From positions 1-55,589 of the forward strand of contig MU619405.1 of assembly GCA_025201805.1 (NCBI GenBank): 55,589 nt of DNA, given 5' to 3'. The notes under the pieces are model-generated. The model saw only the letters and a program-made list of their open reading frames with translations, ran no database searches and had not been told where the DNA came from. Made by a program: the position numbers and the translations under genes. This document shows positions 27,417 through 39,660 of this stretch, piece by piece (position 1 is the stretch's first letter; each line of letters opens with the position of its first letter). The DNA comes from Parasitella parasitica NRRL 2501 (Eukaryota; Fungi; Mucoromycota).

Positions 27417-28488
27417 ATGCTCAAATCTAACTATTTAATCTTGGTCTCTATTGTTTTAATATGTTTTATTGCCAGAATTGAGGCAGCAAAGACAAAAACT
27501 TGGAGATTCAACAATTGGAACAAATTCGGTACAGCTACAGTTGGCAGGGGCAGTAACTGGGACAAAGCATGGGGAATTCCCAAGCATAGCGGATGGCTCT
27601 GGAACTGGAAAGGTGCTGAAAAGCTAAAGAATGTCCTTGTTAAGGACCCTTCTGGTAAAACAAAGAATCTTCATCTTCGTGTTGTCTATCCTGCAGGTTC
27701 CAGGAATCCTGAAGCTAGCCCAGTTGGTGGTCTCGGTATCAAAGCTCAACCTCTTGTTATTGATTCCAATGTTAAAACTGTGGATTTAAAATATAGTGTC
27801 TTTTTCCCTAAAGGATTCAATTTTGTCAAAGGTGTGTAATATTATTCACGTTTTTCGTATACACATATTGAAATTTGAACATAAATAGGTGGTAAGCTCC
27901 CCGGTCTCTTTGGGGGTCATGGTGATTGTACTGGTGGTACTGATTCAAACAAATGCTTCACTACTAGGTGTGTACATGTATTGTGAAATCTGAATGGTGT
28001 GAATATTGAGCATTTTTTACTCGTAATAGAATTATGTGGCGTGACAATGGCATCGGCGAAGTGTACGCCTATTTACCTTCAAGACAAAGAGCCGGTCTTT
28101 GCGATAAAAAGGTTAATATTTGTAATCCTGACTATGGTTATAGTTTAGGCCGTGGAACATTCAAGTTCACGACAGGCAGGTGGGTTTCTGTTCGACAAAT
28201 TCTCACTATCAATACTGTTGGAAAAAAGGACGGGAAATTATCTCTCTATATTGATGGCAAACGCGCAATGCATCAAACAAAGCTCGTCTTCCGTACCAAC
28301 AGTACTGGCCGTGTTGCAGGCATTTGTAAGTTACATGAGCATATAATCATATGTACGCATAACTAATCCTTTGCCCTATTATACGTTCAGTGTTCCATAC
28401 TTTCTTCGGAGGCTCTAGTGGATCATGGAAAACCCCCAAAACTCAATATTCGTATTTCAAGAACTTTAGTCTCAAAACCATTTCTTAA
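27417..28488 (+). CDS. Secreted polysaccharide lyase family 14 (alginate/glucuronan lyase-like)
   Basis: Signal peptide, then YSVFFPKGFNFVKG|GKLPGLFGG, CFTTR|IMWR...GEVYAYLP, YGYSLGRGTF and FHTFFGGS. Three GT-AG introns. Confidence 0.9.
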
Positions 28489-29283
28489 AAAGATTATCTA
28501 CTTCACAACACTAGCATGTTTCCCATTTGCGTTTATATAAGCTTATTCCTTGCCTATTCTCTTGTATACTCCTTCTTTTTTTTTTCCCTTTATTTGAGAA
28601 ATTATAGATAATATCAAATAGATATCATAAAGTGATTTAAATCTGTCTCAAATTTCGAATTTAATATATGAATGGCATGCCTTTTAGTTATCAATTAAAA
28701 TTGAAGTACCACTTGGCATTTTAGATTAGTTAGAAACAATGTGCCATTTAAATTATAGAATCCACGAGGCGGTGCCATTAATACCAAGAAAAGAAGCCTG
28801 AGAATATCATTTACGATTTATATCTTATCCAACTAGATTTTGTTTAGTGTTGTAATCTACCATATGGAATATATCATTGATACCCACTAACAGAAAATGA
28901 CTATCTTTTATGTCAGGGCTTCGTACCTTTCTATAATTGTTTGACAGATAAGTGCTTGAGTATTTTTTGCAGAAAGAGCTAGCCTTTGTTTCTTTGATGG
29001 TTTATTGATCTGGTGGTTGATTATCAGAAATCAGAATTCAACAAATTCAATGCAACTCTTATCCCGTGTCAAAATTACATTTATATCTTAACGCAAGACG
29101 ACAAAGATCGACATACTTAGCGTCTTTATCCTACACACTATATACTCTTGTGTTTCGATTACCAGCGAAAATAGCTTTGAATCAAGTAAAAAATCATCAT
29201 TTCGATTGGCCATATACTCTTAATGCTTCATGAATAGTGATACCCAATATTTAATCTCAGAATTTGAAAATGTAAAAAAAGAA

Positions 29284-29355
29284 TGGAGAAAGCAAGGTTT
29301 GAACTCGCGACCTTTTCTATGCGAAAGAAATGTGATACCACTACACCATTTCCCC
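29284..29355 (-). tRNA. tRNA-Ala (anticodon CGC), intronless
   Basis: GGGGAAATGGTGTAGTGGTATCACATTTCTTTCGCATAGAAAAGGTCGCGAGTTCAAACCTTGCTTTCTCCA folds as a cloverleaf. It has the G3:U70 Ala identity pair, anticodon loop TT-CGC-AT, a GTTCAA B-box and a downstream T-run terminator. Confidence 0.96.
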
Positions 29356-31727
29356 AGGGTAAGCACCAACAATAAATTTATTTAATACAACCTAACAAAT
29401 TTTTTTCCCTAGCCAGTCACGTGATCCTATGCAACTATGTTTATTAAAGCTCTTATACGACGTATAATATATCGGCAAATTGTGTATTCATTATACGATA
29501 TTTTTACAAGCGAGAGAAAAATAGTGTTTATCACTTGCTAATATTGGTATTATCTACTTTTTCTCTCTCATTGATCAAACAACCTCACTAAGTATGTGCT
29601 CAACCATTTTTGCGGGTAATACATTAGTGCTTGTATGTATAAATGATAATAATAAAAAGCTATTGTTGCAATACTATGTTAAATAAAATTAATGTTGCTT
29701 TTTAAAGAAACACCATAATATTAATACAACTTATTTTCACATTTGCATATCTCAAGTTCAATGTAGTGACAAAATACATTGGAGGACATTATAATTTTAT
29801 CGTCATTATTAGCCCTATGAGATATGGCAATTAATAGGCTTTTCACAACAGAAACTTTGAAGAGAATCACATTACAATTATAATTTAATTAATGCTTGGG
29901 TCAAGGCTTCCTGATGATTTGCAAAGAAATAATCTTATGAAGTTCATCAAAAATAACAGGGACAACTGGCTCTGTCTCGTTGAACCCTACTTCGAGTATA
30001 CTGTAGAGCTAAATAGTAATATTGTAATGCCTTAATATTACTACAATATTGTAAAAAAATGCATGAGAAGTAGCTGGTTGAGCTGGTTCACCAAGTGTTT
30101 TTTTTTGCGTAGTATTAATTCCGGCATTGTAATCTGCAACTTCAAGTTACATGCACCTTCACTGCTATTACTGTTAGCACTTCTTAATTGAAACTTGTTA
30201 GTATCGTTATAAAAGTACTAGAACTTTAAGGGTCAAAATACTACTGCTACCAGCTATAATATCTAACTGCAATTCTTGTCCAGAAAGTAAGTTTTTGTGT
30301 AGTGAAACTTTATATTGCAGTTTTGAACTTGTATATATTTAAAATTTATGTCTGATTTAGAGGAATTTTTTTTTTTTTTTTATTGTAAATGAAATCGAAT
30401 CCTTTTTAGTCGCAATTCCGGATCATCTTGATGGTTGCATGAATTTATTATCAGTAATGACTATAGCGGCACTAAATATAGAGGCTCATATTGTTAAAAG
30501 AACAACAGCCATAACAACAGATTAAAATAGATACTACCAAACTCCTAGCAATTATGCTAAATAGAAATAATTTTGACCATAATAAAGACAAATTTCATCG
30601 TTCCCAGAAATGTTTCAATGTTAGATGATATTCTTTTAGCTTTGTAATCAGCGAGCGAATGGGTAGAGGTCTCCTTGATATCTGATCGACTGTAGTTATA
30701 TTTTCCCCAAATAAATAGAAAATCATTTTATAGTTGGATACGCCATATTATTCATGGAATTCTAATATGTACACACGGCACGGCAAAGAAGGAGCTGTTC
30801 CGTGACAAAATTCAAAGATCTTGCGTTAAGTCACTGCCATATCACCTTGAACTTGCGAAAATATTTCTTTGCACAGACCGATAATCGCATATCTTAGTGA
30901 AGAAAAGTGATTTAAAAGGGGCTTTCCGCACTTATATGAAAAAAACGAATTGCTTTCAAAAAAATACTTCCCCTGTCATCAATGCAAGACAATGGTCATT
31001 CATACATATTTTATGTATTCTTGTACAGAACAGGGCTCTACCTGCATAAAACGGAACAATATCCAATGTCAATTAAGTACCACAATTGCCTTTTCCTCCA
31101 GTTTGCATATAAAATGGTACAAGTGTAATGTAATAATGACTAGTTTTCTATATAGATTAAATAATAATATACAGAGCTTTTCATCTATTTTATAGGCTGT
31201 AAATACATTCCATATATGTCATAATGTGGCCATTTTATATATATCCATATACGCAAAATCAATTCACCCACAGCCTACAGATTTTAAGGAGGCAAGTAAT
31301 ATAAAAAAATTTAACAATAAACTTTGATTTCTTGCAGATCGTATACTAATAAGCCATATGTATATTGATTAAGTAACTGCCTGAATCCTTTTATTTTTTT
31401 AATACATGAGATGTCGTATTTGTTTACATGGAAATATCATTGAGATACATGTACAGAAAGATTAAAGAGTTTCCTACTATTATTTTGTTCAATACACAGT
31501 TTTCTCTAATTATTAGTACATTAATTAATGTTTGTTTTCTTATATTATTATTATCTTTTATTGTCAAATGAATGCCATCGTTAGGCGTTTGTAGAAAAAA
31601 AAAAAGTCAAAATAGGGGGTAAAATCGACATTTCCCCTCTCTTTTGTTTCCACTTTTGCCAGCCACTTTTTAGCTATTGTTTCTTTTGTCTATACAACAC
31701 TTTTATAACACATTTTAATTAGCAAAA

Positions 31728-34091
31728 ATGACATTCACAACTGTAATACTCGTTTACATCATTCTTATTATCGCCATCATGAATTTCTACGGCGTATTAC
31801 TTGCTTCTCGAAATTCAACCGGAGACCAGTTTGACATGAACGATGCACGAACCACCACAACCACTGAAGATGATCAAACAGAGTGTATCAAACAAAAAGT
31901 ACACGGAAATAAAGTGATTGGAAGTGCCATTCAAGTTATTTCATGGTGGATTGACGCGAATAGCTTTAGTCCTCTCCAGTTCGACACCAAAAAAGATTAT
32001 GATTGTCATCGTGATTTAGCCAAGGATATCATTCTCCAATTATTATCGCAGCGAGCCCAGAATCGATTGGACGCTTTATTTTCTGAACTTTACAGCGAAA
32101 CCAACACTCGCTTAGCCAAATCAATTGCAAAACTGGCTTTGGTGGCCATCGATCTAGACGATCCAGCTGCGTTATCGGTTTTAACCGAAGTTCTCCTTAC
32201 CTGTAATGATTGCTCTGCCTTGAATTTTATACAGTTCAGCGTCAATCAAAATATTACGTTGGGCGCAAAAAACTTGACTTATTTACCCCACATTGGAAAG
32301 AGCATGGAGTTTGAAACTTTATTACTTACAGCAGGCAAATGCATTAGCAACCAGTTCAAACGAAATGACAGATTGGATACCAGCCGAGAAGAATCAACGG
32401 AACGCATTGCTGTAAGTGCTCTTGAGAAGATCAGTAGACTTCAGGCTGCGGCTGGATTCATCATACCTACCTCGATCCAAGATATTACTACTGAAAAGCC
32501 TTCAGGACGTCGTATTTCAAATTCATCAATGTTGACAACAACTTCTGGAATCAGTAGCTGCATCTCTCCTAGTATTTCATCTTCTAGCAGTTCAAATACA
32601 TCGTATACCAATCACGCTGATGTTCCCGGCAATAAAAGACGCGCCAGTATTTGGAGCAATATGCTACAACCAAATGAAGCTACCTACTTTGATATTGTCA
32701 AGTTCAAGACTGACCTCGTACTCATCAGAACAGAAGCAAGCCACTTGCTTGACCAGCTCATACTTCCACTGACAACCACTGCAAAGAGCATCCAAGGCAT
32801 TGATCGAATCAAGCAGGTCGACCAAGCTTTTAGAACACTGATCTTCACATGCATGACTACTGAACAAGCCTTGAACAACCTGCAAAATGGATTTGTGTTT
32901 GATCAACTAGCCACACATATTGCTTCTCGTCTTATCAATGAAGCTATGACAAAGATATATCAGCAATCAAAAATCAAAAACTATCAGCAAGATAATTTCA
33001 GGGACTTGTCTGCCAGCGTTCGTAAATCTCTGAATGTTACCTCATCTTTATTGCAAGTATTCCCCATGTATGAAGGCTCTGCAATGGAATACTATCCAAT
33101 AATGGATATCTTGATCGACAGATGCAGCAAGCTTGATTCAGCATACCAAAGTATTGAAATTGTTTGGAACCGGGTCGTGGACATAAGAAACACAATTCAA
33201 GAAAGCCGCGATATGCTCAGCATGATCTACTACGACGAATACACCTCATCTGAAACTCTCAAAGTCTACATGTCTACCGTGCAATCCATCTTTACAAGCT
33301 TCTATCTTTGCGGTATTGAAAAGTTACACCCTTTGCATGACCTTGTGCAGCAGCAGATCGAATCGAACGATACTGAGAACTATCAAAGCGAAGAGAAGAT
33401 CATTGTGGGCATGGTCAAGGGTTTGTTTAGCGAATTCGACACTATTATGTTGCAAATCAACAAAATTTCTCAAGACTTGATCAAACTGAGCGACAGACAC
33501 GAGTTTGTAACTAATATCAGTAATGCTACGCGTTGGCTCAAGTCAATGAACTACATACTAGGCTTATTCATTGCGATAGAAGCGCTCTTCTCCTTTGATT
33601 CGATCGCTGCCGACCAAAAGGCTTTACAAGACAGATACATTCGATTCCAAGAAGAGTATAGCAAGTTCACTTTGACCAAGTATGACAAGATCTGCGCCTA
33701 CTTTGCAAAAGACTATGACTCAGGCTTGAACTATCAAAAACTTGGTGATACAACAATTGGCTGCAATAAGGACAAGGATTACAAGCTGTTTGAGGAGTTA
33801 CAACTTGTTGTGGATCAAACAAGCATATTGCTCGCTTATGCTCACCAAGTATTGTTGCAACGCAAAGCAATCACAGAGTACGTCTATCATTTGGATGTAA
33901 TTCAAAAAAACTCGGATGCGGCATTACTTTACGAGCAAATTAGGGTCGCCATGGCAAGTTTCAATGATATCCGTTATCCTGAGTTAGACATTGAAGGCCT
34001 CTCCAATACGTTCTACTATTACCATCATGATTTGTATCTTCGTTTAAGCGAAACCAAAGTTAACTTGATCAATAATTACCTTATGAATTGA
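31728..34091 (+). CDS. Hypothetical 787-aa protein: N-terminal signal/TM anchor, Ser-rich linker, long helical C-terminal region
   Basis: Uninterrupted 2.36-kb ORF with an aaaaATG context and a hydrophobic N-terminus. No family recognised. Confidence 0.8.
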   Translation: MTFTTVILVYIILIIAIMNFYGVLLASRNSTGDQFDMNDARTTTTTEDDQTECIKQKVHGNKVIGSAIQVISWWIDANSFSPLQFDTKKDYDCHRDLAKDIILQLLSQRAQNRLDALFSELYSETNTRLAKSIAKLALVAIDLDDPAALSVLTEVLLTCNDCSALNFIQFSVNQNITLGAKNLTYLPHIGKSMEFETLLLTAGKCISNQFKRNDRLDTSREESTERIAVSALEKISRLQAAAGFIIPTSIQDITTEKPSGRRISNSSMLTTTSGISSCISPSISSSSSSNTSYTNHADVPGNKRRASIWSNMLQPNEATYFDIVKFKTDLVLIRTEASHLLDQLILPLTTTAKSIQGIDRIKQVDQAFRTLIFTCMTTEQALNNLQNGFVFDQLATHIASRLINEAMTKIYQQSKIKNYQQDNFRDLSASVRKSLNVTSSLLQVFPMYEGSAMEYYPIMDILIDRCSKLDSAYQSIEIVWNRVVDIRNTIQESRDMLSMIYYDEYTSSETLKVYMSTVQSIFTSFYLCGIEKLHPLHDLVQQQIESNDTENYQSEEKIIVGMVKGLFSEFDTIMLQINKISQDLIKLSDRHEFVTNISNATRWLKSMNYILGLFIAIEALFSFDSIAADQKALQDRYIRFQEEYSKFTLTKYDKICAYFAKDYDSGLNYQKLGDTTIGCNKDKDYKLFEELQLVVDQTSILLAYAHQVLLQRKAITEYVYHLDVIQKNSDAALLYEQIRVAMASFNDIRYPELDIEGLSNTFYYYHHDLYLRLSETKVNLINNYLMN

Positions 34092-34094
34092 GCC

Positions 34095-34126
<32 letters not shown>

Positions 34127-34258
34127 TATAAAAAAAAAGACTATCAATATTATGGTACAAAATTTCAGTGATATTATCGGTGTGATGTACAAAGTTTATT
34201 GAATTTTTATATTATTATTAAGACCTAATGGTTTCATTCGCATGTGCTGACATACTAC

Positions 34259-34610
34259 TCAGGTGTTTGTATTCCTCTTTTTCTCTGTAACAACAGCGAT
34301 AACGATGGTATATGTGATGATTGCAACGATGCAAACAGCGGGTATAAGAAAACGCACAACTTGAATAGGTGCACATGTGAGTCTATGTATTATAAAAGTA
34401 TGAGCCGAATGTAATCAAATGAATTCCAAATCATTACCGTAAGAATGACCAGGTGCTCGTTCGTTTATTGTGTTCTGGCATAAAATACGGATCTTCATCG
34501 TCATCATCACTTTCAGCATAAGATATAAATTCTATAGCTTCCTCTTGTTCATTATCTGATACCTCGTCTGGCTGCTGCGAAAGTAGGCCATATTCCTCTT
34601 CAGGTATCAT
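34259..34610 (-). CDS. Small two-exon membrane protein (~98 aa), acidic N-terminus and C-terminal TM helix; absent from the ORF track
   Basis: Exon 34610-34438 (MIPEEEYGLL...SDDDDEDPYF...WSFLR), intron GTAATG..ATAG at 34437-34383, exon 34382-34259 (LTCAPIQVVRFLIPAVCIVAIITYTIVIAVVTEKKRNTNT*). The frame is preserved across the splice. Confidence 0.62.
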
Positions 34611-35253
34611 TTAGTTTTTCGGAATGTGCACGAGTAAGAAAAGTCGTACTTTGTACACCAAACTTGGTCTAGTTATTATTCTCAATAGCAGCAAAAAGAC
34701 GTCATGTATTTGTTTGAATGAATGAAAGGGGTTTGATGATCCCTAAATGAACAGCGTGTGCTTTCACTTGGGAACGTATCAAGGTGAATACATACGTTTA
34801 ATGGCTTTTTTCTAATTCTGCAAATGTCTTAATGATTGCAAACAAACTACTAAATATAGCAGTTTTATCAGTTTAATTTATACAGCAGAGTGAGATGTGT
34901 ATGCTTATTTAACCACTTTTTTCATTGCTTGTAAGACCAAAACGTTATTCTAAGATTTAATTTTGTTTATCATCGTCTCATCGTGTAGATTTGTATATTG
35001 CACGCAGGTATGCGCACATATAACGCAGGATATGGATAAAAAAAGATGGACCATCATTTCAAATGATTTATCTTTGACAAACAATACCTTTCAATTTGAG
35101 ATCATTAGAGAAGATTTTGCGAGTGGCAGTATAAGTTTACATGCTTTACCAACGGCAATCGAGTTTGTGGCTGACAGGAATAAGAATAAAACCAAGATGC
35201 CTTTTTTTTTTCCCCTCCCTCTTTTCTTTATTCTTCATGCACCCTTTTTTACT

Positions 35254-37211
35254 ATGACAGATCCAAGACAAAACAAAACATCGCCTCCAGCACTTGTACC
35301 ATTAGAGCACAATCAAAGCTATACTCTTGGCTATCAAAACTACAGCAGCTCAAACAGTGCATATGCGACAGAAAATGGCGACAACAACCAAGAAGCAGAC
35401 GATATGCAAGAGGTTCTTGACGCATTGCTTGACCTCGATAGCTTGAAAAACATCAATCCTGAACGCTTTGAGACCGACTATATCACTATACTGAAAGCAA
35501 TCAATCTAAACGATAAATTACAAGAAAAGATCCAGGATCAAATTCGTCTTGTGGATGAGAAGCTGGACACAAATGCAAAATTGCTGGTACAGATATAAAG
35601 ACAGGGGCTATAGCCAAAGACGCTCAAACTGACATTATCTTTCTGTAGAAAGAAGCAAGTTTGTTGACGTTGGAAGAGAACAGATCTGGAAACAAATTTC
35701 CTATTCATACATTATACCGTGATCCCATCAACTACTTTGAGGATGGCGAATTGCTAAAACCAACAGTAGGAACTGCAGAAAACGAAAATCGGTTGAGGCA
35801 AGAACACGACGAAGACGACGATAATGACAACGACGAGGATGAAGGTAGTGACGATGACGATGAAGATGAAGAGGATGAAAATATCATAAACTCTGCAGAT
35901 AACAAAAAACATCCAAGCCATAAGTCTTGTAATTTATGCCAAATGCACATAGCGGCTACCTCCATCTAAATTATGTTGTGTTAGGGTCTCGAACAGAAAG
36001 AGAAAGGCTTGAAGAGGGCATCATTTCAGAAGCCAAGAGGATGATTTCATTTGATTTTGTTCAACAGTGAGTAAGCATAATATCTATTTACAGAATATCG
36101 TCCAACAAAAAAAATATGCTGTAGGAAGGAAGAGTGGCGTGTTTGGGAAGTGGACAAAATGGAGAAAAAGGACCTTTTAATGTTTCCAGTGAGCAGATTT
36201 GAATGGGAGCGAATCAGCGACTTATATGTTAGTTTTCACTTGTATGAATTGCCGCCATCTATGACATTAAACCTCGTTAAATAGGTTCTTACAAGATCAC
36301 CGATTGAATGTTTGATACAGTGGACAACGCAGGAGCATCCAACAATCAATAAAAAGCCTTGGTCAAAGCAGGAGTCGCAAAAATTATCGCAGTTAGTAAA
36401 CGAAGTTGGGCTATTCAGTGGTCAATGGGAGCAAATTGCAAACGAACTGGGGACAAATCGCACAATTTCACAATGCTTTTCACATTACATGTTTGAAAAG
36501 AACAATGCGCATGCCAGGAGCCTTAAATGGTCCAAAGAAGAAGATAAAAAGCTAACCGACGCCGTAAAACTCTTTGGTAATTGCAATTGGCAGCACGTCG
36601 CCGACATTCTGGGCGAACGCACTGGCCAACAATGCTTACATCGATGGCAGAAATCACTGAATCCAGTTATCAAGCGGCAACGATGGAATACCGAGGAAGA
36701 TGAGTTATTGGAAAGAGCTGTTTACTTGTACGGTGCAGGAAATTGGACAAAAGTACAGCGGCTTATCCCAGGCAGAACAGATATGCAGTGTCGTGAGAGA
36801 TGGGTCAATATCTTACAGCCTTCCGTCAACAGAGCCAAATTTACCCAAGAAGAAACCGACCATCTCATAGAATTAGTCAAACAACATGGCACCAAATGGT
36901 CGTTTTTACAAACCTTAATGCCTGGACGCACTGATAATGCATTGATGAGACAATATAAGGCCACTTTAAAGGCTGTCAAACAGAAGAAGAAAAAAGGCCC
37001 GGCCCAAATGAATAAGGAAAAGGAGCAAAAGCTCAAACAACCAAAGAAGAAGCGATCGATAGCAAAAATTAAGGACTGTGATGAAACACAAGAAGTGAAG
37101 AGCAAGCGTACAAAGACTGATGAAACAATAGTCGTAAGAAGATCAGCTAGAAGCAGAAGCAGACCAGCTAGGTACAATATCGACGACGTCGACTATAATG
37201 ATGAAGAGTAG
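35254..37211 (+). CDS. Multi-Myb-repeat DNA-binding protein, SNAPc subunit 4 (SNAP190)-like
   Basis: Tandem Myb/SANT repeats (WSKQES, WSKEEDKKL, WNTEEDELL, FTQEETDHL; RTGQQCLHRW, RTDMQCRERW). The preceding QWTTQEHPTINKKPWS segment resembles SNAP190. Acidic tract and Lys-rich tail. Confidence 0.8.
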
Positions 37212-37363
37212 ATTGTAGGACATTGATTCTTTCCAACAAAAAGGTGGCTTGTTTTGATCTTATTGACCTTTTTTTTTCTTTTGCATCTCTTTGCTGGCAA
37301 CTTGTCAATAACTAGAGGAATTCTGTATATATACTCACTTCGAATAAACTAAATTACATTATA

Positions 37364-38895
37364 ATGGTATGCTTTTATGGAACTTGAATTGGATTCTATT
37401 CTCAACATTTGATACCTTTCTAGTCTGATAAAAAGACTCCAGCAAGGGAAAATTTGACTTGGAAAATCAATTATCTTGCAGCTCAGGTAAATAGAAATAA
37501 ATCAATGTGAAATCGGCATATTTACATATCAAACCAAACTAGGTTGGTGAAAGTACTCACATGAAAACTGCCATCATCGCCGCATCCAAAACCAAATACC
37601 ACCAAACTCATAGCAGAAAAGCTGGCGTAGTTGATAAAGAGATTTTGAAACAAGAGCTGTATAGTGCAAGAAAATTAAAATTAGATTCGAAATTGGTAAG
37701 CATATATTGAGTAGTTTGTTTGCATAGAGATTTAAACCAGTATTTCATCATAGCATCAAGCCCGCAAAGATTTAAAAAATGCATTAAAGAAAGCCAAGCA
37801 CGAAGAAACTCAAAAACAAACCAAAAAGATCAAATCAGCTCAAAATTTACTAGAAAAGTAAACTGTCATTTTTGTATTTTTCAACATCTATATTTATCAC
37901 ATAGCATAGGACTGGTGATAGTAAAGATGAAGAAACCGAGAAGAGCTCAAAAAAAAAAGTAACAGCCGAAGATATCGAATTATATCAAAAGGAATTGGAG
38001 ATTTTGAAGGTAAAGTCAAGATGAAAAATAGGCTGAGATCAAAGTGTTTAAATCCATACAATGCTGAAATAGGGAGTTGATCTTGATGGCCTTGTTGAAA
38101 GAACTCTAAAATCGAAGCTACAAAAGAATCCAGCGTTGAAGAATGAAGAGCTCATTATAGGCCTGATCGAATCGTCGCTTAATGCCAAAAAGACCGAGGA
38201 CAAGACTTTACAGAACATCGAATCCCGTTTGATATCAAACAAAGCAGCAATGGCAGAAATCAGCATCATTTTGTTTTCCTTTCAAAGCATCATCAAAGGC
38301 AATAATGAGAAGATTGAAAAGCAAAAGGTCATTGAGCATAAAAAGAAGGAGGTAGCAGAAAAGAAAAAGAGAAAGGCTGAAGAAGAGCGCAATCCACAAG
38401 CCAAGAAGGCCCGTAGCACAACTCAAATCATCAAAGCGGGTACTTCAGAGTTCTTTGAGACTCTAGGCGATGTAGCGGGCGATGAGACTGAAGATACCAA
38501 CTTTAAAAAGATTTATGAAGGTGAAAAGAAGCCCAACAGAGCAGGCCAAAGGCAGAGAAGAAAGTAGGTGGCAATTTTGGGCTAATTCCTGTGTAAATGC
38601 TCATATAAAAGATAGACAATGGGAGGAAATGTATGGCCGAGAAGCAAAACATATTGCTACCGAATATCAAAAACGTGAAGAAAAGAGACTCGCAAATCCT
38701 GATTACAGACCCAAGAAAAAACCTGCACCCAAGAGTAAGCCTTTAGCCAAAGATACGTTTTCTAAACCATCAGCACCTGCCGAGCCTGTTCATCCATCTT
38801 GGGAAGCTAAGCGTATGCAAGAGGAGATCATGTCAAAGGCACTAAATGGAAAGGGTGGCTCGAATAACAAGATAATTTTTGGTGACAGTGACTAA
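37364..38895 (+). CDS. BUD22: Bud22/SRFBP1-family ribosome biogenesis protein
   Basis: KPNRAGQRQRR..WE, VHPSWEAKR and KIIFGDSD* motifs. Reconstructed 5' exons: ATG 37364-66, 37424-37486, and 37543 onward. Confidence 0.85.
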
Positions 38896-39660
38896 GAGAT
38901 GTAAAGTAAAATAAAAAAAAAATGATATAAAATACGCAAATGATGGCTTGTTTATTAAAGTTCATGCATATCCAGAGGGTCAATCGCTTTTATTTGTATG
39001 CCTATTTAGGATGCATTTTTAGATATCTTTTCATGCACAAACATCAGTTGATCTAAATAGTGTTGATTAGATGTTGTAGATCAGTACAACATATTCGATA
39101 ATATAGCCTCAAATTTACGTAACATAGCTACGTATTTTGAACAGTTGTATTATTTCAATGTGCCCAAAAAGCTATTATTTAGAGTGTCATCTATCGATTT
39201 TATGCTTATGAGTTGTACATGCACCCTAGATGGGGAGGGGGTTATAACGATTAGAATAAAAAAGACTACCCGTTGAAGCACAGAGGCCAATCATCAGCAT
39301 TCACGTTTTTGAATGGGGTATGATAAAGATGTTGAAGGTTTTAACGTAAAACAGCACATTTGCATATGCACAGTAATAATCATGAAATTATCAGATGATG
39401 ATATTATATCTCATGATTTATTTGTCTGTGTACCTCTTGTGATAGAAGTCCTGGCTGTTTTCCAGTGAATCTAGCCAGACAACACCAGGCAATTCCTACA
39501 TCTCAATCGTTTTGTTGAGTAATCCAGGGACAATTATTTGTGACACCGAGCATTGTATTTCCATGTGAAAATATAGGCTTTTCTTTTCTTCGACTATTTA
39601 ATTGGGTTTCTTTCTTCTTGTTCTTGCTACATTATAGTATCATAGCATACACAATAAAAT

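Noticed and set aside
27417-28488. Lyase gene as a marker of the Mucorales sex locus
   Set aside because: There is no HMG-box gene, triose-phosphate transporter or RNA helicase in the window.
28665-28785. Repeated aatggca/tgccatt motifs suggesting MULE-like TIR remnants
   Set aside because: The arms are too short and degenerate, and there is no TSD.
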